Shown here piece after piece: positions 1 through 9,703 of a DNA stretch of 64,000 nucleotides. A model generated the notes under the pieces. It did no database searches and had not been told where the DNA came from. It saw only the letters and a list, made by a program, of their open reading frames with translations. Source of the stretch: Acutalibacteraceae bacterium (GTDB taxonomy: Bacteria; Bacillota; Clostridia; Oscillospirales; Acutalibacteraceae); NCBI GenBank assembly GCA_045533455.1, contig JAZSHU010000052.1, positions 298 through 64,297 of the forward strand, written 5' to 3'. The first letter of the stretch is position 1. Every line of letters begins with the position of its first letter. Position numbers and translations under genes: made by a program.

Positions 1-52
1 CATACGCCACCTCTTCAAGGATAATTATACTTTGTCAAGCTGAAGATGTAAC

Positions 53-250
53 CTGCCCAATATAGGGGGATTTGACGCACACACTACCTTTTTGGGTAGT
101 ATTTCTCGTATATTCTTGAAAAAAAGAAAAATATAATTTATAATTCTATTTAGAAAAGATATTGTTATGATTTGATTATATTGATTTTTTTGTCCGTTTT
201 GCACCCCCCGTTTGGGGGGTTTTTAGGGAAAAACCGCCTGTTCGGGTAAG
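53..250. promoter_or_regulatory. Four 18-bp imperfect palindromes (53-70, 83-100, 203-220, 233-250), putative LuxR/NarL-type operators in a divergent intergenic region
   Basis: CTGCCC-n6-GGGGGA, ACTACC-n6-GGTAGT, ACCCCC-n6-GGGGGT, ACCGCC-n6-GGTAAG, as two pairs each spaced 30 bp. Minus-strand TATAAT at 24-29; RBS GAGGTGG and ATG at 1-3 begin a gene leaving the window. Confidence 0.6.
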
Positions 251-309
251 TTTTTTAAAGAATTCAAAGATTTTTACGATTTTGCGATGATTTTTCGCAG
301 TAAAGGAAG

Positions 310-1776
310 GTGCGCTTTATGAATCACCCGATTCTCATAGAAAACCAGAAAAAGAGGATGGATATACCTTTATGGAGGCTCGTTTGCTTCGCTATGTTCA
401 ACCTATGGCAGATGGGATTTATCTTTTATTTTCTTGAACCGTCCTCAGCATTGGACGGAAAAATTCCTCTGCCCATTAACATAGATTACGGTACCGCACT
501 TACGGTGGTTTGCTACCTGCTTGGTATCCTCACAATGATATTCTTGCCGAAGATAATCGTGTGGGTACAAAGGATTGACACGGTTATTGCACTCGTTTCA
601 GCTGTCGGATTCTTTCTCCCTCTGTCGGAGGATGCTCTGCGCTTTAACATTTACTTGCAGATATTCTGTTGCTGTTTGCTTATCGGTTTTGAAACCTTCC
701 TTGTGGTCAACTACTTCTCCGAAAAAAGCGGTATTAAGTATCTGACTTTTGCCTACGGTGTACCGTGTTTTCTGATCGCCTTGGTTCAAAACGAGCTGAT
801 ACCGGTCAATTTCTCCATCTTCCGTTTCGGAATAATAGCAACATTGGTGCTTATGTTTATCTTCTTCCTCAGTATGCCCACGGATAATGAGCATCTGCCC
901 CGTTTCGTGAAAAAGAGCGACGGCATCAAAGCCCCGAAAAAGCTGATTCTCGGTACTTATCTTCTTGTTTTCATTATCGGACTGATGGGAACAGCCGGAC
1001 CAGCAATTGCCGGTAAGGTAAAACACGGTGTGACGATTATGTATCTTGTGGTTGCGGTTACCTGCTTTGTCTTTTATCTTCTTTACAAAAAATCCAATAT
1101 TCATCCTTTCCGCATGATCCCCCTGTCGGTGGGTTTGGGCGGTCTCGGTTTCCTTTTGATGATCGCAACTTCCTACGTGCCTGCACTTTCCTACGTTGCC
1201 TGCGTCCTCATAGGCTTTGGCATGGCTTCTTGTATGATGGGTCCCCTTTACGGTGTGCCGATTATGAAGTCCTATCCGTCGAAGTACGTAGCTCCCGCTA
1301 TCATCGGAGTTGTCATCTTTGCAGTTCTTACTCACGCCGTTATCGGAGAGATATTCCTCGGCACACCTACCGTAATGTACATCGTTTATGCAGTGATTAT
1401 GGGTGTTCTTGTGTTTGTGTATGCGCAGGTTGAGCCGTTTTTGATGTTCACCCTTCGTCGCCGCATTGCCGACGAGGAGACCGCTGACACAGCAGATGTC
1501 GAAGAGGTTACGGAAACCGAAGCAAAAACCGAGCCCGTGCTTACTGCCAAGACAGATACATCGGACGATCCGCTCATGAAACTCAGCCCGAAGAAACGAG
1601 AGGTTGCGGAGCTTATCTGTCTTGGTTATACCAACAAGGATATTGCAAGAACGCTCGTTATTTCCGAGCATACCGTCAAGGATTATGTGAAGGATATTTA
1701 TTATACTTTAGAGGTCCACACGCGCCTGGAGCTTGCCGCCCTTGTAAACAATTTCCGCCTGGCAAACAAGAAATAA
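310..1776 (+). CDS. Multi-TM (MFS-like) membrane sensor fused to a C-terminal LuxR HTH
   Basis: About 12 hydrophobic segments, an acidic linker, then LSPKKREVAELICLGYTNKDIARTLVISEHTVKDYVKDIY (LuxR/GerE HTH). Start codon uncertain. Confidence 0.85.
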   Translation: MRFMNHPILIENQKKRMDIPLWRLVCFAMFNLWQMGFIFYFLEPSSALDGKIPLPINIDYGTALTVVCYLLGILTMIFLPKIIVWVQRIDTVIALVSAVGFFLPLSEDALRFNIYLQIFCCCLLIGFETFLVVNYFSEKSGIKYLTFAYGVPCFLIALVQNELIPVNFSIFRFGIIATLVLMFIFFLSMPTDNEHLPRFVKKSDGIKAPKKLILGTYLLVFIIGLMGTAGPAIAGKVKHGVTIMYLVVAVTCFVFYLLYKKSNIHPFRMIPLSVGLGGLGFLLMIATSYVPALSYVACVLIGFGMASCMMGPLYGVPIMKSYPSKYVAPAIIGVVIFAVLTHAVIGEIFLGTPTVMYIVYAVIMGVLVFVYAQVEPFLMFTLRRRIADEETADTADVEEVTETEAKTEPVLTAKTDTSDDPLMKLSPKKREVAELICLGYTNKDIARTLVISEHTVKDYVKDIYYTLEVHTRLELAALVNNFRLANKK

Positions 1777-1874
1777 CAAACTTAAATCATAATTGATACT
1801 TGCTGACATATTAAATAATGATATCAATATAAAAAGCAGGCAACACCACAAAAGTGATGTTGCCTGCCAAACTT

Positions 1875-2132
1875 TTATCTCATATCTGATAGAGGAGTAT
1901 AATCTGTGCTGTTTCTCAAATATTCTTCTATCTTGCCACTTAAAAGTAACTCGACATAGCTCAAAGGTTCATTATAGATTAGATAATCAAGCATTGATAC
2001 CTCATACATATTGTTTGCATATTCGTTTTCAACAGCAATGCAGTCGATTGATACTATAGAGCCGTCAATGAGTTTTACTTCAACACAAGCGGTGTCAATG
2101 TTAAATTCACAAGACAAGATTCGATTTTTCAT
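1875..2132 (-). CDS. DUF6061-like small protein
   Basis: CEFNIDTACVE...ISIDCIAVE...LDYLIYNEPLSY pattern typical of this Clostridia family. Confidence 0.6.
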   Translation of the reverse strand: MKNRILSCEFNIDTACVEVKLIDGSIVSIDCIAVENEYANNMYEVSMLDYLIYNEPLSYVELLLSGKIEEYLRNSTDYTPLSDMR

Positions 2133-2260
2133 AGCAGAAATCCTTCCTTATTCAAAATATAATAAGCAATCTTGTTTGGCATCTGCCGCACTTTTTAATT
2201 TCTGCTATGCTGTCTTATCGGAACGCACCATTAGCCGACCCCTTGAATGTTTAGCTTAAA

Positions 2261-3277
2261 TTATGCAAGCTCTGCGAAGTACTTGATTGTACGAACCATC
2301 TGGCTTGTGTAGCTGTTTTCGTTGTCATACCAAGCAACAACCTGAACCTGATAGAGACCGTCTTCAATCTTTGTAACCATTGTCTGAGTTGCATCGAAGA
2401 GTGAACCGTATGTGATACCGATGATATCGCTTGATACGAGTTCTTCTTCAGTGTAGCCGAATGAAGCTGATGAAGCAGCCTTCATAGCAGCGTTGATGCC
2501 TTCCTTAGTAATGTCGTTACCCTTAACAACTGCAACAAGGAGTGTTGTTGAGCCGGTGGGAACGGGAACTCTCTGTGCTGAGCCGATAAGCTTGCCGTTG
2601 AGCTCGGGGATAACAAGACCGATAGCCTTAGCAGCACCTGTTGAGTTGGGAACGATGTTAGCTGCAGCTGCTCTTGCTCTGCGGAGGTCACCCTTTCTGT
2701 GAGGACCGTCGAGAACCATCTGATCGCCTGTGTAAGCGTGAACAGTTGTCATGATACCGCTCTGGATGGGAGCATAGTTGTTGAGAGCCTTAGCCATGGG
2801 AGCAAGGCAGTTTGTTGTGCAGGAAGCAGCGGAGATGATGTTGTCTTCAGCTGTGAGAGTGCCTTCGTTTACGCTGTAAACGATTGTGGGAAGGTCGTTG
2901 CCTGCGGGAGCAGAAATAACAACTTTCTTTGCACCTGCATCGATGTGAGCCTGGCTCTTAGCCTTTGAGCAGTAGAAACCTGTGCACTCAAGAACAACGT
3001 CAACGCCGATTTCGCCCCAGGGGAGTTCAGCTGCGTTAGCCTTTGCATAGATCTTGATTTCTTTACCGTCAACAGTGATGCTGTCTTCGCCTGCAACTAC
3101 TGTATCAGCAAGAGCGTATCTGCCCTGAGCTGAGTCGTACTTGAGAAGATGAGCGAGCATAGCGGGGTTTGTAAGGTCGTTGATAGCAACGATTTCGTAG
3201 CCTTCTGCACCGAACATCTGACGGAAAGCAAGACGGCCGATACGACCGAAACCGTTAATTGCAACTTTAACTGCCAT
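2261..3277 (-). CDS. gap: Type I glyceraldehyde-3-phosphate dehydrogenase
   Basis: [20 protein letters not shown] active site, WYDNE; RBS GGAGG. Confidence 0.99.
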   Translation of the reverse strand: MAVKVAINGFGRIGRLAFRQMFGAEGYEIVAINDLTNPAMLAHLLKYDSAQGRYALADTVVAGEDSITVDGKEIKIYAKANAAELPWGEIGVDVVLECTGFYCSKAKSQAHIDAGAKKVVISAPAGNDLPTIVYSVNEGTLTAEDNIISAASCTTNCLAPMAKALNNYAPIQSGIMTTVHAYTGDQMVLDGPHRKGDLRRARAAAANIVPNSTGAAKAIGLVIPELNGKLIGSAQRVPVPTGSTTLLVAVVKGNDITKEGINAAMKAASSASFGYTEEELVSSDIIGITYGSLFDATQTMVTKIEDGLYQVQVVAWYDNENSYTSQMVRTIKYFAELA

Positions 3278-3455
3278 AGTGAATTACCTCCAAAAATTTT
3301 GTTTAAAAATTTGACCGTATATATTTTATACATTTTCTGCGAAATATGCAACAGTTTTTTTGATGATTTCCGAGTTTTTTGAAAGATTTGGTAATGTGAA
3401 CAAAATTATTGAAATCTTGGGCAAAAACTGTGCAAAACTGACCGATAAAAAAGGG

Positions 3456-3938
3456 CTATTTGTGATATTTTCCGCCGTTTGAAATCATAAAAGCGCGGTA
3501 AATCTGTTCAAGAAGCATAACCCTTGCAAGCTGATGGGGGAAGGTCATGGGGCTCATGGACAGCCTGTATTTTGCCCTGCTCTTGACTGCAGGCGAGAGC
3601 CCGTGAGAGCCTCCGATGATGAAACAAAGGGTGCCGAAGCCCGAAACGGCACACTTCTCAATCTCCTTTGAAAAGCTTTCGGATGACATTTCTTTACCCT
3701 CGATGCAAAGGGCAAAAACCCCGTCGCTCGGTGCGATTTTTGAAAGAATTCTTTCGCCTTCGTCATTGAGTGCGGCTTCAATCTGTGCCTCGTTGGGGCT
3801 TTCGGGAAGCCTTGCGGGAGTAAGCTCGGTAATCTTCAATTTGCAGAATGCGCCAAGCCTTTTTTCGTATTCGGCGCAGGCGTTGCGAAGGTAATCTTCT
3901 TTGAGCTTGCCTACGCAGATTATGTTAATATTAATCAT
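3456..3938 (-). CDS. rlmH: 23S rRNA (pseudouridine1915-N3)-methyltransferase
   Basis: VGKLKE, FIIGGSHGL, MTFPHQLARVMLLEQIYRAF, C-terminal KYHK; start ATG 3938 after GAAAGGA. Confidence 0.97.
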   Translation of the reverse strand: MININIICVGKLKEDYLRNACAEYEKRLGAFCKLKITELTPARLPESPNEAQIEAALNDEGERILSKIAPSDGVFALCIEGKEMSSESFSKEIEKCAVSGFGTLCFIIGGSHGLSPAVKSRAKYRLSMSPMTFPHQLARVMLLEQIYRAFMISNGGKYHK

Positions 3939-3951
3939 AATTTTCCTTTCA

Positions 3952-4737
3952 TCACAATGATATGACAGGGTTATGGTCGCCTGCAACACTGAGTATGTAA
4001 TCAAGATTTTCCGTTGCGCCCGCCATTCTCATTGCAGCCCTTGTGGTTTCGTATGCAAGGGCAGGTATGTTGTTTTCTTTGCTCAGATGTCCCAGCACAA
4101 AACGGGTTGTTCCCGATTCCATAAGCTTTACCGCTGCTGCGGCACAGCTTTCGTTTGAAAGATGCCCTCTGTCGGAGAGTATTCTTTCTTTAAGAAAAAA
4201 CGGATAAGGACCGTTTCTCAGCATTCCCACATCGTGGTTTGATTCAAGCAGAATAAGGTCGCATCCGTGAATTGCATCCATTACCGTGTCGGTCATTTTG
4301 CCTATATCCGTGGCGACTGCAATGCGTTTGCCGTCGTGAGTGACAACGGTGTAGCCCGTGCTTTCGGCAGTGTCGTGAGGAGTTCTGAAGGGGCGGATGA
4401 ATATGCCGCCCGATTCCGTTCCGCTGTAAGGAATAACCTCGGTTTTCATTTTTGCGGTGATTGTTCCCGCATCCTCCATACCTTCGAGAGTGCCCTGCGA
4501 TGCATACACCTTTACCCCGTGCCTTTCCGCAAAAACACGGACACCGTTGATGTGGTCTGCGTGGTCGTGAGTGACGAAAATTGCGGTGATTGAGCAGGGG
4601 TCAACACCGATACTTTTCAGTGCATCGGCGGTCTTTTTTGCACTGACTCCCACATCGATGAGTATGCCTCCCTGCGATGAGCCGATGTAGGTGCAGTTGC
4701 CGCTGCTTGATGAAAATAATGAACAGAACCTTGCCAT
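3952..4737 (-). CDS. MBL-fold metallo-hydrolase (YycJ/WalJ family)
   Basis: SSSSGN, THDHADH, PHD, ATDIG, ESNHD, GHLSN, HLSKENN; upstream of rlmH as in Firmicutes. Confidence 0.9.
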   Translation of the reverse strand: MARFCSLFSSSSGNCTYIGSSQGGILIDVGVSAKKTADALKSIGVDPCSITAIFVTHDHADHINGVRVFAERHGVKVYASQGTLEGMEDAGTITAKMKTEVIPYSGTESGGIFIRPFRTPHDTAESTGYTVVTHDGKRIAVATDIGKMTDTVMDAIHGCDLILLESNHDVGMLRNGPYPFFLKERILSDRGHLSNESCAAAAVKLMESGTTRFVLGHLSKENNIPALAYETTRAAMRMAGATENLDYILSVAGDHNPVISL

Positions 4738-4790
4738 ATTTATCCTTTCAAATCAACAGGGCTGCTCCATAATCAGAACAGCCCGTTTTT

Positions 4791-4842
4791 AAGTGTAAAG
4801 TGCAAAGTTTCGGACAGGCTCCGCCTGTGACCGATTGTATGA
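4791..4842 (+). repeat. REP-like interspersed repeat, copy 1 (heptamer units + hairpin)
   Basis: AAGTGTAAAGTGCAAAGTTTCGGACAGGCTCCGCCTGTGACCGATTGTATGA, near-identical to the reverse complement of 58087-58146. Confidence 0.75.
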
Positions 4843-4879
4843 CACACACCTTATTTCTTATATAATACAATTATATTCC

Positions 4880-6172
4880 TCAGCCTGCGTTTGTCAGGCT
4901 GTCGGGTTCGGGGCAGTAAACACGCTTGATGTCGCCGCCAAGCCCTTTGAATTTATCGGCTACATTTTCATAGCCTCTGTCAATGTGAAGAATATCTTCG
5001 ATTTCGGTAACTCCGTTTGCCGCAAGGCCTGCAATAATCATTGCCGCACCTGCACGAAGGTCGTCTGCCCTGACGGGAGCGCCGTGAAGCTGCTCAACGC
5101 CCTGAATAACCGCAAGCTGACCGTCTGCTTTGATATCCGCACCCATACGGTTAAGCTGCTCCGCATAACGGAAACGGTTTGACCAGATGCTTTCTGAAAT
5201 AATGCTTGTGCCGTCGGCAATGGCAAGAAGCACCGCCATCTGGGGCTGCATATCCGTGGGGAAACCGGGATGGGGCATAGTCTTGATTGTGCATTTGCCG
5301 GGGCGTCTGTCGAGAGAAACTCTGACAGCATCGTCAAATTCTTCAACCGTTGCACCGCATTCGATGAGCTTTGTGGAAATTGATTCAAGGTGCTTGGGGA
5401 TAACGTTTTTGATGAGCACATCGCCCTTTGTTGCGGCTGCGGCAACCATAAATGTGCCTGCCTCAATCTGGTCGGGGATGATTGAATAGGTGCAGCCGTG
5501 AAGCTGCTCAACGCCTCTGACCTTGATAACATCGGTGCCTGCGCCTCTGATATCCGCACCCATTGAGTTGAGGAAGTTTGCAAGGTCAACAATATGAGGC
5601 TCTCTTGCGGCGTTTTCGATAATCGTAAGACCCTCTGCCCTTACTGCGGCAAGAAGCACGTTTACCGTTGCACCGACCGAAACCATATCAAGATAAATGG
5701 GGCTGCCGATAAGCTTTTCTGCCTCTGCCTCTACGGTTGCGTTATCTTCAACAGATACCTTTGCACCCAGAAGCTCAAAGCCCTTGATGTGCTGGTCAAT
5801 GGGTCTTGCGCCCAGATAACAGCCGCCGGGCATTGCAACCCTTGCTCTTGAGAATCTGCCGAGGAGTGCGCCGATAAAATAATACGAGGCACGCAGATGC
5901 TTTGTCATATCGTGTGAAATCACATATGAGTTTACGTGGCGTGAATCTATTTCAATTGTGCTTTTGTTAATCAGTCTGACTTTTGCACCGATGTGCTTGA
6001 GAATTTTCATCATATAGCTTACGTCGCTGAGTGAAACGGGAAGATTCTCAATGACACATATATCCTGGGAGAGAATTGCGGCAGGAATAATCGCAAGTGC
6101 GGCATTCTTGGCTCCGCTGACTTCAACTTCGCCTCGAAGGGGGACACCGCCGTTGATTACGAATTTCTCCAA
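4880..6172 (-). CDS. murA: UDP-N-acetylglucosamine 1-carboxyvinyltransferase
   Basis: SGAKNAAL, LRASYY, PGGCYLGARPIDQH, IPDQIEAGTF, PGFPTDMQPQ, DLRAGAA, DRGYE; probable TTG start at 6172. Confidence 0.96.
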   Translation of the reverse strand: MEKFVINGGVPLRGEVEVSGAKNAALAIIPAAILSQDICVIENLPVSLSDVSYMMKILKHIGAKVRLINKSTIEIDSRHVNSYVISHDMTKHLRASYYFIGALLGRFSRARVAMPGGCYLGARPIDQHIKGFELLGAKVSVEDNATVEAEAEKLIGSPIYLDMVSVGATVNVLLAAVRAEGLTIIENAAREPHIVDLANFLNSMGADIRGAGTDVIKVRGVEQLHGCTYSIIPDQIEAGTFMVAAAATKGDVLIKNVIPKHLESISTKLIECGATVEEFDDAVRVSLDRRPGKCTIKTMPHPGFPTDMQPQMAVLLAIADGTSIISESIWSNRFRYAEQLNRMGADIKADGQLAVIQGVEQLHGAPVRADDLRAGAAMIIAGLAANGVTEIEDILHIDRGYENVADKFKGLGGDIKRVYCPEPDSLTNAG

Positions 6173-6739
6173 GACATTTACCCTTCTTTCGTTGTTTGAT
6201 TCTATATAAAAAATGAGATAATGTTTAAAAACCCAAAACATTATAGCACCTAAATTGCGGTTTGAAAAGACCCTAAACACAAAATATAGCGAAAAATTTG
6301 AAAAAATTTTGTCGGAAAACGGATTTTTTGTTCTTTTTCGGAAAGTTTTTATGTGCGGCACGGCTTATCTGCATTTAGTATGGCTGAAAATCATTTGTCT
6401 ATATACTGATGACGGCACAAAATTAAAAAGGCAGAATAGACAAAAATTTGAGCAGTTTTTTGTTGAATTCAGACAATGATGTTTTTAAACAAAAACCTCT
6501 TTGTAATTTTTGACCAAAAAGCCACGAAATCCTTGAATATCAACACTTTTCGAAGTAAAACTGACCAAAACCGAGCTTTTGCCCGACGGGTAAAATTGAA
6601 CAAAAGGGCAACGGATTTGTCACTATAAACAAAGGCGGTTTTACAGCTTTGCACTTCAAAAATTTGGTAAAAATCCATAAAAACCGCCCGAAATTCACAA
6701 TAAATTCAAAAAAATCTTGAAAAAAACAAAATATTTCTA

Positions 6740-6768
6740 TTGCAAAACGGCGGCTTATTGTGTAAAAT
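6740..6768 (+). promoter_or_regulatory. Sigma-A promoter for the CdaR-type gene and ftsEX operon
   Basis: TTGCAA-17bp-TAAAAT with TG extension. Confidence 0.6.
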
Positions 6769-6841
6769 GTAGATGTCCCAATGGTCATTTTGTATAAAAA
6801 GTTTAATGAAGTCAAAACAAATCGAATGAGGGGTAATAATT

Positions 6842-7924
6842 ATGTCTAACAGAATTTTTCAGGGTCTTGTTCATCAGATGCGTGATGCAGTGGGAAGGAC
6901 TCTGGGCGTAATTGACGAAACAGGCACAATAATTGCTTGCAGCGACCTTAGCAAAATCGGAGAGGTTATTTCAACCGCAAACGATGTTTTCGGTGATAAC
7001 GAGCTTCACTACATTAACGGATATACTTTCTGCAATTTCGGCACACATATTCAGACCGAGTACGCTGTTTTTGTTGACGGCACAGATGAACTTGCAGGCA
7101 GATTTGCGGCTGTTTGCTGTGTTTCGCTTGAAAATCTCAAACAGTACTATGAAGAAAAATTTGACAGGGGCAACTTCATAAAGAATGTTATTCTTGATAA
7201 TATTCTTCCCGGTGATATTTACCTTAAATCAAGAGAACTCCGATTCAATGCAGAGGCAACAAGAGTTGTTCTCCTTATCAGAATCACCGACCATAACGAT
7301 GCCGCAGTGTTTGATACGGTTCAGAATCTTTTCCCCGATAAGAACAAGGATTTTGTTATCAACATCAACGAGCACGATATTGCCATCGTTAAGGAAGTAC
7401 GCAACAACATTGAAACAAAAGACCTTGAAAAGCTTGCACGCTCAATTTCGGATTCACTGAGCACCGAGCTTTATACTCATGTTCTTGTGGGTATCGGCAC
7501 AACCATTGAAGGCATCAAGGACCTTGCACGCTCATTCAAAGAGGCACAGATTGCCCTTGAAGTAGGCAAGGTATTCGATACCGAAAAAACTATTGTCAGC
7601 TATGAAAATCTGGGCATAGCAAGACTTATCTACCAGCTTCCCTCAACACTTTGTGACATGTTCCTCAGAGAAGTGTTCAAGAGAGGCTCAATCGAAAGCC
7701 TTGACCATGAAACTCTGTTTACAATCCAGCGTTTCTTTGAAAACAACCTTAACGTTTCCGAAACTTCAAGAAAGCTGTTTGTTCACAGAAACACACTTGT
7801 TTACAGACTTGAGAAAATCAAGAAGCTTACGGGTCTTGACCTGCGCGAATTCGACGATGCAATCGTATTCAAAGTAGCGCTTATGGTCAAGAAGTATCTT
7901 GACGCAAAGCCCGTTAAGTATTAA
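6842..7924 (+). CDS. CdaR/PucR-family transcriptional regulator
   Basis: N-terminal GVIDETGTIIACSD, GGDEF-like middle, C-terminal HTH NLNVSETSRKLFVHRNTLVYRLEKIKKLTGLD. Confidence 0.93.
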   Translation: MSNRIFQGLVHQMRDAVGRTLGVIDETGTIIACSDLSKIGEVISTANDVFGDNELHYINGYTFCNFGTHIQTEYAVFVDGTDELAGRFAAVCCVSLENLKQYYEEKFDRGNFIKNVILDNILPGDIYLKSRELRFNAEATRVVLLIRITDHNDAAVFDTVQNLFPDKNKDFVININEHDIAIVKEVRNNIETKDLEKLARSISDSLSTELYTHVLVGIGTTIEGIKDLARSFKEAQIALEVGKVFDTEKTIVSYENLGIARLIYQLPSTLCDMFLREVFKRGSIESLDHETLFTIQRFFENNLNVSETSRKLFVHRNTLVYRLEKIKKLTGLDLREFDDAIVFKVALMVKKYLDAKPVKY

Positions 7925-7976
7925 TAAACAATAATATATTCACGGTTTTCGCAAAATAATTTGAAGGATTGATACT

Positions 7977-8789
7977 GTGATTCAGTTTAACAATGTTTCC
8001 AAAAAGTATGATAACGGAACTCATGCTTTGAAGGATATAAACCTTACCATCGAGAAAGGCGAATTCGTTTTCGTCGTCGGTTCATCGGGTGCAGGTAAAA
8101 GCACCTTCCTGAAGCTGATGATGAGAGAAGAAGTGCCTTCGTCGGGAACGATTGTTGTTGACGATATCGATTTGACTAAGATAAAAAAGAGGGATATCCC
8201 CAAATTCCGCCGCAGACTGGGCATCGTATTCCAGGATTTCAGGCTTATCCCCAATATGACGGTTTTTGATAACGTTGCATTCGCAATGCGTGTTATCGGC
8301 ACCAAAGAAAAGAAAATCGGCAGACGAGTACCCTATGTGCTCAGCCTTATGGGTCTTAACGAAAAGGCGAGAAACTTCCCTCAGGAGCTTTCGGGCGGCG
8401 AGCAGCAGAGAGTTGCCCTTGCACGAGCGCTTGCAAATAATGCGGATATCATTATTGCGGACGAGCCTACCGGCAACGTTGACCCTCAGATGAGCTACGA
8501 AATCGTTGACCTTCTTATGCGTCTTAACGAGGCGGGCACAACGGTTATTATGGTTACTCATGAGCACAGCCTTGTGCGCTGCTTTGATAAGCGTGTCATT
8601 ATTCTTGACAAGGGTAATATTGTTTCCGACGGCGGTGCGCTCGTAAGAGAAGCGGCAACATCCCACATTAACCCCGTCAGCGAAATTGAAAACGAATATG
8701 TTGTTCCTCCCGAGGAGGATTATTCCGCATACACTCAGGGCACATCTGCTCAGGCGGAAGAATTTGCAGTTACGGGAGGTGCGGAATAA
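7977..8789 (+). CDS. ftsE: Cell division ATP-binding protein FtsE
   Basis: GSSGAGKST, VFQDFRL, LSGGEQQRV, ADEPTGNVDP; adjacent to ftsX. Confidence 0.95.
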   Translation: MIQFNNVSKKYDNGTHALKDINLTIEKGEFVFVVGSSGAGKSTFLKLMMREEVPSSGTIVVDDIDLTKIKKRDIPKFRRRLGIVFQDFRLIPNMTVFDNVAFAMRVIGTKEKKIGRRVPYVLSLMGLNEKARNFPQELSGGEQQRVALARALANNADIIIADEPTGNVDPQMSYEIVDLLMRLNEAGTTVIMVTHEHSLVRCFDKRVIILDKGNIVSDGGALVREAATSHINPVSEIENEYVVPPEEDYSAYTQGTSAQAEEFAVTGGAE

Positions 8790-9703
8790 TGGGCAACTTA
8801 AGATATCTCACCAAAGAAGGCTTCCGCAACCTTAAGGTCAACAAGCTTATGTCGGTTGCCTCAATAACCGTGCTTTTCAGCTGTCTTATGCTTATCGGCA
8901 TTGCGTTTATGATTCTTGTCAATATTCAGTCATTCATTTCGGGCATTGAGGCTGAAAACGTAATTATGGTTTACGCAGACCTTGACGCCAGCGACTACGA
9001 ATATATGGCTCTGGGTAATGAACTGAATGCCCTTGATAATATCACAAGCGTTGAAGCGGTTGAAAAAGAGGCGGCATACGAAGAAATTCTTGCGGAAATG
9101 GACGATAACCTGAGAATCTATCTCAGCGGTCTTGACGAGAATCCGCTTCCCGATGCTTACAGAGTAACGGTAACGGATATGTCGGGCTTTGAAGGCGTTG
9201 TTGACGAAATCAAAAAGCTTGACGGAATAGAGAGAGTTTATGAAAACAGCTCCCTTGCAAGGCAGCTTGAAGGCATAAGGGATTCCGTGACCTACATAAG
9301 CCTGGGCATAATTATTCTTCTGCTTATCGTTTCACTGTTTATTATCTCAAATACCATTAAGGTAACAATGTTCAGCCGACGCCTTGAAATCAGCATTATG
9401 AAAAGTGTCGGTGCAACAAATTCCTTCATCCGCTGGCCCTTTATGGTTGAAGGTATTATAATCGGCATTATTGCAGGCATTCTTGCAACGGGTGCCGTAT
9501 GGGCTGTTTATGAATTTGCCCTGACTTCCTTTACGTCGGTGCTTTCGGGTCTCGGCGGCGGAAATCAGGTAAGCTTCCTTGATTATGCACTTTATCTTGT
9601 TGCGGCTTTTGTTGGTATCGGCATTTTCACAGGCATTTTCGGCAGTGCAACATCCATAAGGAAATATCTTAAAGAAAGGAAGTTCGTAGAGCTTGAAGAC
9701 TAA
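8789..9703 (+). CDS. ftsX: Cell division permease FtsX
   Basis: 4-TM layout, NPLPDAYRV, ISNTIK...RRLEISIMKSVGATNSFIRWPF. Confidence 0.95.
   Translation: MGNLRYLTKEGFRNLKVNKLMSVASITVLFSCLMLIGIAFMILVNIQSFISGIEAENVIMVYADLDASDYEYMALGNELNALDNITSVEAVEKEAAYEEILAEMDDNLRIYLSGLDENPLPDAYRVTVTDMSGFEGVVDEIKKLDGIERVYENSSLARQLEGIRDSVTYISLGIIILLLIVSLFIISNTIKVTMFSRRLEISIMKSVGATNSFIRWPFMVEGIIIGIIAGILATGAVWAVYEFALTSFTSVLSGLGGGNQVSFLDYALYLVAAFVGIGIFTGIFGSATSIRKYLKERKFVELED

Noticed and set aside
598-1671. 357-aa antisense ORF and the many similar shadow ORFs in the track
   Set aside because: Antisense to well-supported genes, with no motifs or RBS.
6173-6361. Long N-terminal extension of MurA; likewise extended starts for rlmH, 12921, 22679, 27909, 28353 and 35282
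   Set aside because: Downstream starts have proper RBSs and match family N-termini.
8640-8789. Acidic C-terminal extension on FtsE as a novel domain
   Set aside because: Short, low-complexity and probably disordered; nothing further supports a function.
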